From Zygophlyctis sp. KS116 (Eukaryota > Fungi > Chytridiomycota), in assembly GCA_054661495.1 (NCBI GenBank), contig BAAFSQ010000020.1:43768-75767 (forward strand): a DNA stretch of 32,000 nucleotides. Reading direction: 5' to 3'. Below the pieces are notes generated by a model that saw only the letters and a program-made list of their open reading frames with translations, was not told the DNA's origin and ran no database searches. Position 1 is the stretch's first letter. Each line of letters begins with the position of its first letter. Below, one piece after another: positions 1 through 13,002 of the stretch. Both the position numbers and the translations under genes were made by a program.

Positions 1-1
1 C

Positions 2-581
2 ATCGGAGTCTCTGAATTTTGGTATACATCAACTAATGTTTATGATTTAGGAGGATTGTATAATGCTACAGCCTTCTTATCAAAATTTAAAACTCTTTGC
101 TCATCGAATTGGTCAGATATTTCTCAATCCAAACTAGAGAATTTGATTAGTCATTCTGGGGGGCTTGATCCAACTTTTTTAGAGTACCAATGCTTCAAAT
201 CATCTTGGATTTACAATTTTTTACATTATGGATTACTTTTATCAACACAAACCACCCAAAGCACAGCTCAATATTCTCTGGAATTTATGAATGAAATTCA
301 AAATGTGGAAGTGGTAATAAGTTTATTATTTTATAATTTAGTCATGGACCCTTGGTGCAATTCTAATGTCGATTTGCTCTACCAATACTAATCAACCTGG
401 GCTTACATCTCTTCAGTATTGGAATTTAGGTTTTGCATTCTTATTTTTTAGTTTTTTGATCACATTTTCCGTCTGCATATATTATAAAAAGTGTCTTAGG
501 ATGGCATCATCAGAGACAACATTTTCACGATTCATGATGGGTAGACGAAGGTCGAGTGAAGATTATAAATCAATTGTCTAA
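2..581 (+). CDS. YND1: GDA1/CD39-family apyrase (Ynd1-like), 3' part with C-terminal TM helix; 5' end outside window
   Basis: Reads IGVSEFWYT...LGG.Y, CFKSSWIYNFLHYG and, after 28-nt intron 314-341, EVSWTLGAIL (apyrase ACR5 motif), then a hydrophobic TM segment; stop at 579-581. Confidence 0.85.
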
Positions 582-587
582 TGTGCA

Positions 588-2652
588 TTAATTCATGGGG
601 CTTTGATTTCGGTACAGCCTTCTTACAGTTGCATTTGACGAACATTCTTCTAAGTTTGGAGCGAACCGCACACTATTTTGAGACAAATTAGTTCTCGCAG
701 ATAGTGGGCGTTGACGTCGCATGATCGACTCTATTTCTGGTTTTGTAATTGGTTTGGAAGATTCGTCTACATCTGATTTTTGGCTTTCTGCTTTCTCAAT
801 CAGAGAAACCGCCATAATTCCGGGTTTTGATGGCGGACATTTATTTTTTGCTGCGATAACCCAATTCTTTACAGAATAGAATTCATTACAACTGCGTTTT
901 TAGATAAATATATTCATTCATACCGCTTCTTTACTTTGATAGATTTTTCAGATTTCAGCTGAATGGGAACAATTGGAGCTCTAGTTGACAAGTTGTCTTT
1001 TGTGGATGGTATTCCTATAGAATATGGTCTAAAGCCTCGATTCATCTGACTATCTTCTTTATCAGTGCTGCTGTAATAATCATATTCTACCGATTGACCA
1101 TTTAGTCCGCTTATTAGATTTTTTAGTAGTTCTTTCCGTTCATAGATTGCCTCAACACCTTTAATTCTGCTACTGATTGATGAGATGGATTTCGTATCCT
1201 AATTTTAGTAATTATCATTTATATTACTGAATTATTTACAGTAATATCAGCATCTTTTTTATCATTTTGAAGTTCCTCAAGGCAGTCCGAAAGTATATCA
1301 ATGATCCTATTCATTTTAATATTTCTTTTCTTATTGATCTTTGTTATGTTCCTAGAATTTTGTCTTTCATTTTCTAATTGAAACTTTAAATTTACTATTT
1401 GATTTTTGTATTTTCTTTCCATATTCTGGAGAATATCTTCTTTAAAATTATCGGTTTGAATTCTTCCTTCGTTGTATTTTTCAGAGATAGTTTTTGAATC
1501 ATCAATATATTCAATATTATGCATTATGCCATAAATTTCCTTCTTCAGAGCGTCATTTTTACGTGAGATGTTCCATTTTGGCTTTATTTGATCAACATTT
1601 GAATACCAGTCTGTAATTTCGTCCTCTGAATCTTCATTCGTCTGGATATTTAAGGTTTCCTGATGCTCTAAATATTCATTTTCGCTAGGACAACTTTCAC
1701 GGCACGTTTGTTCTTCTTGCGTATCGGTACTTTTCAATGCCAGACTTTCTTGTGTCTTTTTTAATTTCTTTTTCAGAATGTGAATATAAGTTTTTCTACT
1801 TGCCAATTTCTCGCTCATTAAGCGTTCTTCTGATTGTGCATTAGACTTATACATTCTTAAATCAGATACTTCTGAAGATAAATGCGCATTATTTTTAATC
1901 AATTCCTCCAGCTCCTGTTTCATTATCGACATCTTTTTACTTAAAATGGCTATTTGAGAATCACACTTTTTATGACTGCTTAGAGTTTCATACTGTAAGT
2001 TTAGTTTAGCTTTGAATTTTTCTTCGGTTTCAAAGTGCTTTTGATAAAACAAACTTTCCATCTGATGCTCTTTATCTTTCAAAACCTTTTCCATGATTGA
2101 ATCATAATGATCAACGGTGATGTCGAGTTTCTTATGTACCTCTTTTATATTTAAAATTTCTATAGGCTCTGTACGTTGATCCGATTCTTTTTTCAGCTTT
2201 GAAAATAAGCCAACTTGAACTAATTTAGATTGCAATTTGGAAATGGCAAGATTACTCTTTTCTCCAAACACAACATTTTCATGATATTCATACTCTTCAG
2301 AGAAATCTGAATCTAAATCATCTGATTCATTTTCATCCTGATTTTTTTTCTCAATTGCAGAAGGATTAACCGGTGCCACTTTAGCGTCTAACAGATTAAG
2401 TTGAATCTGCTCTTCAGCCGCTCGTATAATACCTTTGGCAGCAAGTATTGCATCGGCTTCAGATTTGCCTTCTTTAGTAGCCTAATCATTAAAGCGAAAT
2501 CTTACAGTAATGATCGCATCATAATATGCAGCATTATTAGAAGCTGCCTGTACATTCATCGAGTTTAAAAATGCAGATCGGCGCCCACTTCTACGACTCA
2601 TTGATCTAGAGAAATCATCAGTCGTAGGTAGAGTCATAAAAGTGTCACTCAT
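588..2652 (-). CDS. Hypothetical coiled-coil protein, about 660 aa
   Basis: ATG at 2652; introns 2482-2505 (24 nt), 1199-1227 (29 nt) and 892-923 (32 nt) join the fragments into one open frame; E/K/Q/L-rich heptad-like central region; no recognisable domain. Confidence 0.7.
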
Positions 2653-2868
2653 AGCAGCGGAAAATAAGATGTCGCCGAATTAAGAGTTTTGACTCAAGAC
2701 TCTTCAACTGACGGATATGTGGCGACTCAAGAGTCATATAGCTGAAGGCTTCAATTTCATCAAGATTTAGCTAACTTGCAAGCTGATCGAAAATAATATC
2801 TATTAAACTCAATGATTTTTTAGATTCATACCAAATGATTTCTATTTTAATATGATTTGATAAACATA

Positions 2869-5800
2869 TTAATTTAAACTTCTTTGTACAATCTTTCCTT
2901 TGATTTCCTCCCATTCCGGTAAATAAGGTAAAGACTGATAGAGGCTGGAGTCTGGAGGTGCATCTAAAAATCCGACATGTATAAAATAACCCAGATATAA
3001 TGACATGAGACCATCAACCGCTTCACATCGAACACCTTTTCTTTTGATAATTTCACGAGTGTTTGAATCATCCAATTCCGCAGATTTGGTGGATGTTGGG
3101 AGATCATCCAAAACGAAATGAAGCAAAGGATATAATGCATGATCAGCTGTTGCGACAGTAAAGTCCATTAATGATGATCGCCAGTGCATATATTCAGTAG
3201 GCTCAACTGGGTATTTTAATTTCAGTAAATGTGCAAACATATCATCAAAACAAAAACTAACTTTAGAAAATAATAAGTATACCCTTGAGAGTTCCAAATA
3301 TGAAATATTTTCTTTGGAAGACTTTTTTCTGTTCCGGCTATTTCAGCGATTGCATTCGCAACATAATCAACAGGGCACATATTAATAATATTTGATATTC
3401 TTGGAATTTTTCCTAACTGAATACATCCTTTTACAAGACGCCAAAGGAAATCATCACTATTAGAAACACCTGTTTTAGAGTCACCAACAATATAACCTGG
3501 TCGAATTATTGTTGCCGGAACTCCGCGAGATTGAGCTCGCATTATCAGTTTTTCTGAAACCCATTTGGTTTGTCCGTAACCACTTCCAAGTCCTGTTCGA
3601 GATCCCTCTAAGTCATCAGATTCAGACACCGCGTCACCAATATCCAAAAAGTTAATATAATAAGGAGTATCCAATACAGAAGTAGACGAAACAAAGTGAA
3701 AAGGCTTGATCTTTTTCAGAACGGAGAGGCGAAGTGCTTCAATAGTCCCCAAAATATTTGGTGCCTTTAACTTTTCATACGGATAAACCCAGTGGACCTA
3801 AATATTAAATTGTTGTTAAATCATACCAGTGCGCCATTATGTATAATAATGTCTACAATTGTAGCTAATTCATCCCAAACCTTAATTGATAACCCAAATT
3901 TAGGTGACGCCAAATCTCCGCATATGGCGATGGATCTGGTAGAGAAATCTTCTTTCCAGAGTAAATGTCTGGTCAAGTTATCTCTGATTCTCTTAAAACC
4001 TTCCTTCTCATTTTGCGCCCTTACGAGACAATATGCTTTTGAGCCAGGATAACGAGTTAGAATTGACGACAGCAAAAAAGCCCCTAAAAATCCAGTAACC
4101 CCAGTGACAAAGAAAATAGGATTAGACATATCTGGAAAATTAATTTCCACACCATCAACACTGATCGAAATATCATCTAATTCATCCAGTTCACTATCGT
4201 ACTTGAAAATAGAATCGGCTGGTGTTTCAGGGCGTGAGGCATTTGCTGCAGAATGAAGATTCTCTTCACTTGTGTTGAGAATAGCCTGACCAGCCAGATT
4301 AAGGTCTTTAGACTTTAAAATCTCAATTCCACTGGCCATTCCCTTCAAAGTTGGTTGACGATAAACTAAATCTAAAGGAGCATTCAATCCTATTTCCTTG
4401 CGAATCTCGAAAATTAGCCTTGTGGCCAAAATAGAATGTCCCCCACGATCAAAAAATGAGTCAGCAGCTGTTATAGACTCATCCGAGACTTTCAGAATAG
4501 TTGCCCAGATTTTTCGTAACATAGTTTCCGTAGCCGTTAAATTTGTGGCAGCGGAATCACCCAGTCCCGCGATTAATGCAGTATCTGGAAATGGCAATGC
4601 ATTCTTATCTATTTTCCCATTCGGAGTCAGCGGCATACGAGTAAGGGGTACAAAAACTAAATTATGAATCAAACATTATGTTACCTGCAGGTATGGCATA
4701 TGATGGAAGCTTTTTTTTCAGAAAGTCCCTGATATCTTTCACCAAAAGGGAAAGATCTATTTCATTCTTAAGCGGGACAAAATAATTGACTAGTGTTTGT
4801 TCTTCATATTTGTCACGGCGCACTAAAGTAACTGTTTCCCTAATATCTGGATGTTGCGATAAATGTGTATTGATCTCATTCAATTCAATTCTAAACCCTC
4901 TGATTTTAACTTGATCGTCAGCTCTTCCGGTGCATTCTACGCTCCCGTCAGACTTATATCGACCCAAATCTCCAGTTCTATACATCCGGTCGCGCGCACC
5001 CAAATAATAAGGAATGCTTTCATCCGAATTTGGACTTCCGAGCTTATTGAATGGATTTAGTAAAAATTTGGCCGCTGTAACATCTTCTAGCTGTAGATAT
5101 CCTTCTGCTAAACCGCTGCTTCGCACGTATATTTCTCCTACTTCTCCTACACCACAGAGCAGCCCAAAAGAGTTCACCACTAAGAGCTGGACATTCTTCA
5201 TACCCTTTCCTGCAGGCATTATATCTTTCTGCTCCGAAATGTAACTGGGGTGAGTGGATACAGGTGGAATCTTTAAATAAGATACTGCCCGCTGTGTTTC
5301 AGTTGTCCCATACATATTTATCACATTAGTATTTTGAGCCAATGTTTGGAGTCTAGTAACGTCACGTTTGGTCAAAACGTCTCCAACAAAAAATGCATTA
5401 CGTAAAGTCGGGATAGGATGTGTTGCATTAGCCGATAACAATTGACCCATTGCAGGAGTAAGATGAGTTATAGTGATGTGATTTTCCGCCATCCATTCAG
5501 ACAATCTTCCTGGCTGCCCAATATCATTTGCAGTTGGAATATAAAGCTGCGCTCCTAGAAAAAGAGGAGTAAAAACTAAAGTTATCATAAATTAAAGTTC
5601 ATACTGTCCCTTTGAATAGGATCATGAGCTATTCCACTCAGCATTGTAAACTTTTCATTTCCATCGAGTTCAAATTCATTCTTCATCCAAGGATAAAAAT
5701 GAGTCAAAGAAAAATGCCGCCCTCTGACACCTTTTGGTATTCCAGTAGATCCACTAGTAAAGCTTAATGTTCCAATAGAATCTGGTCCTAAAATTATTCC

Positions 5801-6944
5801 AGGATCTTTATCTTTCATTAAAGCGTCCTCGTAAAATAATTCATTCTTTAAGTCACCGCTTAAAACCCCATCTGATTCAATTTGAAGTGATGGAACTTCA
5901 ACTATCACAGTAAGCTCCTGCTTTATATAATTTCGGACTTCTTCATGTAGTATCCCAGCCTTTCTTAGTATAACTAGACCACGAGGCTGAGCAACAGACA
6001 AATATACATTCTGCCTTGTAGGTGGATACGCAGGATCTATAAATTAGTTTTTACTCAATACCTATTACGCTAAAAGCCGCACCAGTCTTCAATACACCTA
6101 ATACTGCAACAACCAAATCCACACATCGATACGAATATAAAACCACCACATCTCCTCTTTTTATTCCTTTCCGTGTAAGATGATGTGATAACACATTTGA
6201 TGCTTCAAGAATCTGTTTATAAGTAAAAACCCGTTTTCCATTTTCTAAACTTTCCACTACACATATAGAGTCTGGAGATTTATGAGCATTTCTAGTAAAT
6301 ATATCTGTAATTGCACCTTCAAATTTATCCCATCCTAAATCAATTGTTGGATCTGGAAGCCTTAATTTTGAGTTTTGGGTCATTAATGAAATTTTCCCAA
6401 TTTCAATAGATGGATTATTAGAGACTGCATGTATTATTTCTTCTATCTGATCTAAAAGATCTTCCATCCTCTGCTGATTAAATAGCAACGAATTATAAAC
6501 CAATCTTAAGGATATATCTAGCAAGGCCCTAGCTGACGATGATTGACTAACGTACAAGATCAATTCAGCTTGACTATAAGACTCATCAGCATCAGAAGCA
6601 TTAACACACGCAACTCTAGTTTGACCTTTTTTTAATAATGGAACCTTTTCCTTTTCTTGTATTTGAGCCAATAATTGACCAAATGTAGCATTTAGATCAA
6701 TTTTCAGAGATATTGGAAATAAAGCCCCTTTAAGTGCAGATCCCAATTCCAAAGACTCTTGAGCAGATATACGACTACATATAATTACAAATGCAGTTTG
6801 TATGACTAAGAATGGTGACAATCCAGACATTAAAGACATTTTGATCAGATCATTTGTGTTTGTAACGGCTTTTTTAATATCGCTTTCGATAGACTTTATC
6901 GGAAATGGTCTAGAGAAATCAGTCGGTAGAACAAGCTGTGTCAT
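2869..6944 (-). CDS. LYS2: L-2-aminoadipate reductase (NRPS-like: vestigial C, A, T and R domains)
   Basis: Motifs [65 protein letters not shown]-domain FFDRGGHSI, reductase TGVTGFLG and [10 protein letters not shown]. Introns 6037-6061, 5576-5604, 4657-4684, 3798-3826, 3257-3282. A possible extra first exon starts at ATG 6995 via a 24-nt intron 6946-6969. Confidence 0.95.
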
Positions 6945-7039
6945 TCTACTTGGCCAATAAAAGGTTTACACACCTACTGACCAATTAGGAGCCATTAGCC
7001 ACTACAATGGCCATTCGCCTTAGCCTGCATACTGATATA

Positions 7040-8059
7040 ATGAGTAGACTCTTACTCTTGGGAGCTCCGGAAGGACTTTCGATCACTGTAGATTTTAATT
7101 CATGGACGACAGGACCACTCTTCAAAGGCATAAAGGATATTCCAACTGGAATGCATTTCATCACTAGTAATTTAGATCAATTGTTTGGACGATCTGGATT
7201 TTTCATTGATGGCAATAATCCGCTAAATATCTGGCAGTGGGATAATGCATCAAATAGATTCATTCAAGTCTCTGATCAGGATCAGCTAAATAGGATAAAG
7301 CTAGGAATCAAGGAGATTGAATTGGGCTTGGGACCATATCCGAATAATCTTGAGCAGTCTTGGGCAATGCATTCATCATATTTAAGTCTGCAATTGTTGA
7401 AAAAGATTTGTCCTGCTAATTTGGTAGATACTGTAACTAGTAGCTCGCAGTTATCAGAAGTAGCCGATCCAAGATTAGAGTCGGATTCTCATACAATTCA
7501 TTTTACTCCTATAGACTTGAAGCATTCTTTTCCGGCTGGTACTATGGGGGCATTAAGATCAAAGTATTCAATGGATAAGAGTTGGTTGCTATCTAGGTTA
7601 ATATCTGAGAGTTCGGCTGAAGAATTGTTGGGAGAAGTACAGATTTCATTCATAATGTTTATTTTGGGTCAATTTTATGATGGTTTTGATCAATGGAAGT
7701 TATTGATTCATTTGATCTGTAATTCAGAGCAAAGGTTGGAAGAAGATCCTGATTTTTACATTCAGTTTTTAAGTAAGAATTCATTTATTTACACTATAGA
7801 TATTTTAATGGTGCAGCTTAAAGAATGTCCAGAAGATTTTTTCCGTGACATAATCTCGCAAGATAATTTTTTACAAGATGCTTTAATTGCACTCGCAAGT
7901 AATGCTTCAGAGATGAACCTAACCGGTCGGCTTTGTGATGCTCTCAATCGCTTATGGACTCTTATCTATGATCGTTTTCAGTGGGATATACAAAGTCAAG
8001 TAAAGATGACGGACTTGCAACAAGATAATGATGAATATGCTCCCGTGGTTGTAGAATAG
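7040..8059 (+). CDS. AAR2: AAR2 (U5 snRNP/Prp8 assembly factor)
   Basis: Motifs VDFNSWTTGPLFKGIKDIPTGMHF, ELGLGPYP, SMDKSWLL, LLGEVQISF, FDQWK, DEYAPVVVE; probable in-frame 27-nt intron 7773-7799; alternative ATG at 7007. Confidence 0.9.
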   Translation: MSRLLLLGAPEGLSITVDFNSWTTGPLFKGIKDIPTGMHFITSNLDQLFGRSGFFIDGNNPLNIWQWDNASNRFIQVSDQDQLNRIKLGIKEIELGLGPYPNNLEQSWAMHSSYLSLQLLKKICPANLVDTVTSSSQLSEVADPRLESDSHTIHFTPIDLKHSFPAGTMGALRSKYSMDKSWLLSRLISESSAEELLGEVQISFIMFILGQFYDGFDQWKLLIHLICNSEQRLEEDPDFYIQFLSKNSFIYTIDILMVQLKECPEDFFRDIISQDNFLQDALIALASNASEMNLTGRLCDALNRLWTLIYDRFQWDIQSQVKMTDLQQDNDEYAPVVVE

Positions 8060-8122
8060 CGCCAATGCTATCCAGTGAGATATTTAAAACAATCTCATTT
8101 AGCAGTTTTACTCTTTTTATCC

Positions 8123-9946
8123 TTACCGCATACGAGGTTTCTTATCTGAACCTCTTTCATCATCAAATGAATCACGCTTTGATGAGATGATTCCACGTTC
8201 ACCAGGTCGGCCGCCTCCTACCCTGCCAATTCCACCGCCATGACCTACTTCTTTAATATTAACTTGTGGTTCCTCCATAGTATATCCTGGCATTATACTC
8301 ATCATTCCACCTCTTTCTGCACCAGTGATAGCCTTAATGTCCAATTCAGTTAGTTTAGATAAAGGGATAGTCACAGTTCCTTGGATACTATCGAAAAATT
8401 CACGCGGCCCATAGCCTAATGCCCATCCAATCTGAATTTTAGATTCTTAGACTTACCTTGAATTGTGATCCATCGTCAAAGGGAAATAAAGGAAGTAGCT
8501 CTCTTAATTTTTCTGCATGAGCTCGAGTATACATTTTGACAAATGCACAATTTTTGGCAGGCTGTGCCTATAAAATTAATTAATTTGCAACGTACAACAA
8601 ATGTTTCAACCTTGAGTTCTGTCAAAGATTCTATTATCTGGATCATTTGAGATTGAGTGATTTCTGATTTAATATTTCCAACATAAACAGTTCTACTTAA
8701 TACTATCATTAGAATAATTATTCAAAGTTACTTCTGACCGCATCCAAAGGTGTAGATGGATCCAGAAAAGGTTCACCAGTAGCATATGGATCCCTTTCAC
8801 CCGACTGAATCATCTCTTCTTGTTTTGGCGTCATTGAGTTTTGTAATAAATCCTGCTGATTATTATAAGCCTGTTGCTGATATCCTTGATCGTGTCCTCT
8901 CTGAATATTCTGAGGATTAAAGTGTAAATTTGAATATTCTTCAGCAGGTGTTGAAGGAGTCATAAATTGCGCAAACATATTCATTTGATTAGATGAAATC
9001 TGGGAATTATTAGGAGCTAAAAACGCATTTTGAGAAGGCCTAATAATCATTCTTGAAAACCTTACATAACATCAGGTCTTGCTGAAAGAGGTTTACTATT
9101 CAGCCCATCATCTTCATCTTCATAATCAAAATCATTTGGATCTTCTGAAACAACTGCATTTTGTTGATTAGATTGAAACGAAGGGACCGCATATGAAGAA
9201 GCATTTGGTCCTGCACCCATCAAATTTAGTAAATGAGCCAATACAGCATCTGGAGGAGGAGCATTTGGTGGTAAAGCAGCTAAAGGAACTTGAGGCTGTT
9301 CGAAATTAGATATATTTGAAGGAGGCGCAGAAATTGATGGAATCTGAGAAATGATTTCCGGCTGAGTCGTTTGAGATGTCACAGGTAAATTTGTAGGAGC
9401 AGAAGCTAAACTTGAAATCAGACTTGATAAATTTGGCTTTGTAGAACTTGTTGGTTCTATATGATTTGAAGGAACAAATTCAGCAGGTACGGTCAATTCT
9501 GCTATTTCTCAGATATTTCTAAAATTACCTTTTGGCAAGTAATCCTTTTCCAATTTCTTTAAAAGCTCTTCCTCAAACAGATTTGATTTCTTCCAAACTC
9601 CCAATAACTTTCTAATCTTCTCCTTATCTTTGTCTGGCGCATCGACTGCGTTAGAAAGCATGGATTCCAACTTTTCTGCAAATCTTGAGACATATGCCTT
9701 TACATCTCCAGAAGAAGACTTTGACGCCGCTCTAGAAATTGAATCAATGACATACATGGCTGCCAATTTCAGCTCATTTGGACACTTTTGTATAAACTTT
9801 TCAATTGAAAACACAACATTCTTGTATCCCTTGTAGTTCTTGATGGCAAGCTTTGTTACCGCCTGAATTCTCGATGCTGAAACTGGAAGCTTGACTTCAT
9901 ACAATGCATGCAGTTCTTTCTCAAAGTCTAGCACATCTTTTGACAT
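8123..9946 (-). CDS. NRD1: Nrd1/Seb1-like CID + RRM RNA-binding termination factor
   Basis: N-terminal CID (SASRIQAVTKLA, KLAAMYVIDSISR, LLGVWKK); RRM (ILSRTVYVGN, CAFVKMYTR, IGWALGYGPR, MEEP). Introns 9502-9528, 9040-9065, 8703-8731, 8568-8595, 8432-8456. Confidence 0.88.
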
Positions 9947-9983
9947 TTTTGTGAGCAGGTCGGTGGTTGGGCGCCTCAAGACA

Positions 9984-11494
9984 ATGCAAACTCTAAACAG
10001 TATATTATCAGACATTGGTATGAAATCGTATCAGTGGAATCTATTCTTTGTTTGTGGCTCAGGATGGATTGCTGATAATATGTGGTTACAGGGAATTTCC
10101 GCGGTCTTGCCAAAAGTACAACAGGAATTTGGACTCAGTAATGAATTATCCGGACTCATGATTACAATGTCAATGTTGGGTATGACGGTAGGAAGTAGTA
10201 TTTGGGGACGTCTCTCTGATAAAATTGGTAGGAAACCTTCGTTTACGTATACTCTATTGATTGCATTTTTGTTTGGATCAGCATGCGCATTGAGTAATTC
10301 TTTTACATTACTATGTATATTTCTTTTTGGGATGGGGACAGGAGTTGGAGGTAATTTACCTGTTGATGGGGCACTGTTTTTAGAGTTTATGCCGCCAGAA
10401 AGACAAGGACTTTTAACTCTATTATCTATATTTTGGCCTGTTGGATCAGTGATTTCATCATGTTTGGCATGGGGTTTTATTCCAAATTATGAGTCTGGAT
10501 GGAGATTTGTGTTTTTTTCTCTTGGAATTATTACACTAATCATGTTTGTTATGAGGACTATATTCTTTAAATTATACGAATCACCAAAATTCTTGATCTC
10601 TTGTGGTAGATTTGAAGAGGCTTTTAAAGTTTTACAAATCTTGGCAAAACAAAATAATGTTGAAATTGAAATTGATTTTCAAGAATTCAAGGATAGTTTT
10701 CAAATAGAGTCAAAAAGTAATGAATCAATCACTAGTAATCATATTGAATCGGATTCAATGTCACCAAACGAAAATCAAGTTCTTTTAGATCAAGAAGTAT
10801 CATCTGAGAATTCATCATTTTGGAAAAGAATTATGGATCCTTTAAAATCAGAGCCATGGTCTGAATTGTTTTCACACGAATATAGACAGACTACAATTCT
10901 TATATGGTAACCTTTAAAAAATAAAGTAAATTAGGTGTATTTGGACTTTTGTCTCATTTGGTTATTCAATGTTTAACGGATTTTTAACAAAATATCTTGA
11001 AAAGTCTTCATCTTCTGAAGGCGGTTTGTACCAAAAATATTTATTGATTAACAGTTTTGGAATTCCTGGATCTATTTTGGGTATGTTTAGTTTATTGATT
11101 TCAAGGTTGTTACTTGGTTGATTCTAGATTAGGTAGAAAAGGAACAATGGCATTAGCAACAGTTGGGACGTCAATTGCATTATTTGTTTCTACTCTATTT
11201 TCAGGTTCTGGGGCAGTTTTTGGAAACTGTATAGCTTCCTTTCTTCAAAACATCATGTGGGGAGTTATCTATGCATATACCCCAGAAGTATTTCGCCCAT
11301 CATGTCGAGGGACAGCTGTGGGAATTGCGGCTTCATTATCTAGAATATTTGGATCAACAGCACCTGTAGTAGCAGGAGCCTTATTTAATATCAACTCAAA
11401 TTTGCCGTTGATTGTCTCATCTATGTCTATTTTGATAGCATCCTTTTGTATGATTTTGTTACCTATTGAAACACGAGGATTGGATAGATTTTGA
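9984..11494 (+). CDS. MFS transporter, SV2/SVOP-like sugar-transporter family
   Basis: GWIADNMW, GRLSDKIGRK, GGNLPVDGALFLEF, ESPKFL, YTPEVF...RGTAVG, LPIETRG. Introns 10907-10934 and 11081-11105. Confidence 0.9.
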
Positions 11495-11791
11495 AACAGC
11501 ATTTGGTCTCTCTCAAATCTTTTCAGAAAGCAGTAAATATGATACTGAAGCTTTTAGTAGCTGCTCATCATATCAGCTGATCAATCCCAATTCGAATGCG
11601 ACCCATCGTTTCATGTCTTTAAATCAGATCAATTCATTTTATTATTAGCTAATGCATCAAATTACTTTAACTATTTACATGATGATAAATCTCATTTTCA
11701 AGCTAAAGGCGGTACACGTCACTCACACACTACACTGACCTCACCTTCCATTGTTTCAAATTTTTAGTTAAAATCATTGATGGCTTTAGAC

Positions 11792-12867
11792 ATGTCCTTG
11801 ATATACTCTTTGATTCTTATGCTTTCTGCTAATGTTGAATCTGCAACTATCGCTGAGCTGATTGCAGAGCGAAAAGCTACCATGGGTCGTGCAGATGCAG
11901 CGATTGCTTCCAATCCTGAATGGAATCAACCAGGAGCCTATTCTCTCTTTATCTCAACTGATGCAGGAATGCAAAGAGCTAATCTCCCTTCAAACTCTTT
12001 GGGAAGCATTATGGTGGCTCAAAGCATTGCGTTTAAAACTGCCCCAAATTACCAAATTCTCAAAGACACTAAATCCCAAAATATAATGGTTTATGGTAAA
12101 GTTTTAATTATTTAACTCTCAAGATAACTATCTTGGAGGTCAAGACATTCCTGAGATCCACTGTAGATTTGGAACTGGAGAGGTTTTGGCGCCTCAACAG
12201 ATCCAAGCTGACAACGGATGGCTTTACATCATGGATGGACCAATATTCCCTCCCGGACCCGCTGATGCAGCTATAAGATCTATTGGGACAAGACATGGTT
12301 CAGGTGGCTCTGCTTTTCTTCAATTGGTTCAATCCGCAGGCATGACTGATTTCCTAAATTCGCTTAAGGATGTTACCATGTAAGATTATGATTTATCTGA
12401 TCAATAGGTGGATTCCGGTTGATGCTGCAATTCTTAGTTTTAATGCTACGCAATACACCCCGGAGCAACTAAAATCAATCATTCTCTATCATGTCACTTC
12501 AAGTGTTCGGTATTCAACTGCTTTCAATCCTGGGACTATTCCTTCGCAGTTGCAGGGTCAAACAGTGACAGTCGCTGTCGGCTTCGACGCTGCGGTTGGG
12601 CATGACTCTCTCACCTTGAATGGTAATGCTAAAGTTGTTGTTGCAGATACTTTTGCCACTAGTGGGGTGATTCATTTGATTGATAGAGTTCTGATTCCTG
12701 CCCAGTTCCCAACGGTGGTAATCCCCACAATTACATCTTCTAAGGGAGCCACTGTAACTGCCACTGGCTCTACAACTTCAAAGTCATCCGACATTCCGGC
12801 TAAAAATGGTGGAACAAAGGTTATTGCTGGTATTTTGGCAGGATTCTTTGCTTATATGCTTTTGTAA
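11792..12867 (+). CDS. Secreted fasciclin (2x FAS1) protein, probably GPI-anchored
   Basis: Signal peptide; FAS1 motifs ADNGWLYIMDGPI, TMWIPVDAA, IILYHV, TSGVIHLIDRVLIP; S/T-rich stalk; hydrophobic C-terminus. Introns 12096-12123 and 12380-12407. Confidence 0.85.
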
Positions 12868-13002
12868 GCTGGAATTAATGGTCATTAGTATGAAATTAGA
12901 ATGCTCTTGACAAAAATTGAATTTTTGTTTGAGATTTTGAGTTTGCAAGTATTATCAGTTAATCCGGGATAATTTATCGGACATTTGAGTTTGTCGTGTT
13001 TG

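Noticed and set aside
2869-6944. Fragmented NRPS-like ORFs read as a novel NRPS or a frameshifted pseudogene
   Set aside because: Five mini-introns restore one intact A-T-R protein with diagnostic LYS2 motifs, so this is primary lysine biosynthesis.
9891-10015. Apparent head-to-head CDS overlap of the NRD1-like and MFS ORFs
   Set aside because: The track extends the ORFs to upstream starts. Homology begins at ATG 9946 and ATG 9984, leaving a 37-nt gap.
11520-11575. SECIS-like ATGA..AA..GA pattern on the - strand
   Set aside because: Helix geometry is poor, there is no minus-strand gene upstream, and no modelled CDS has an in-frame TGA.
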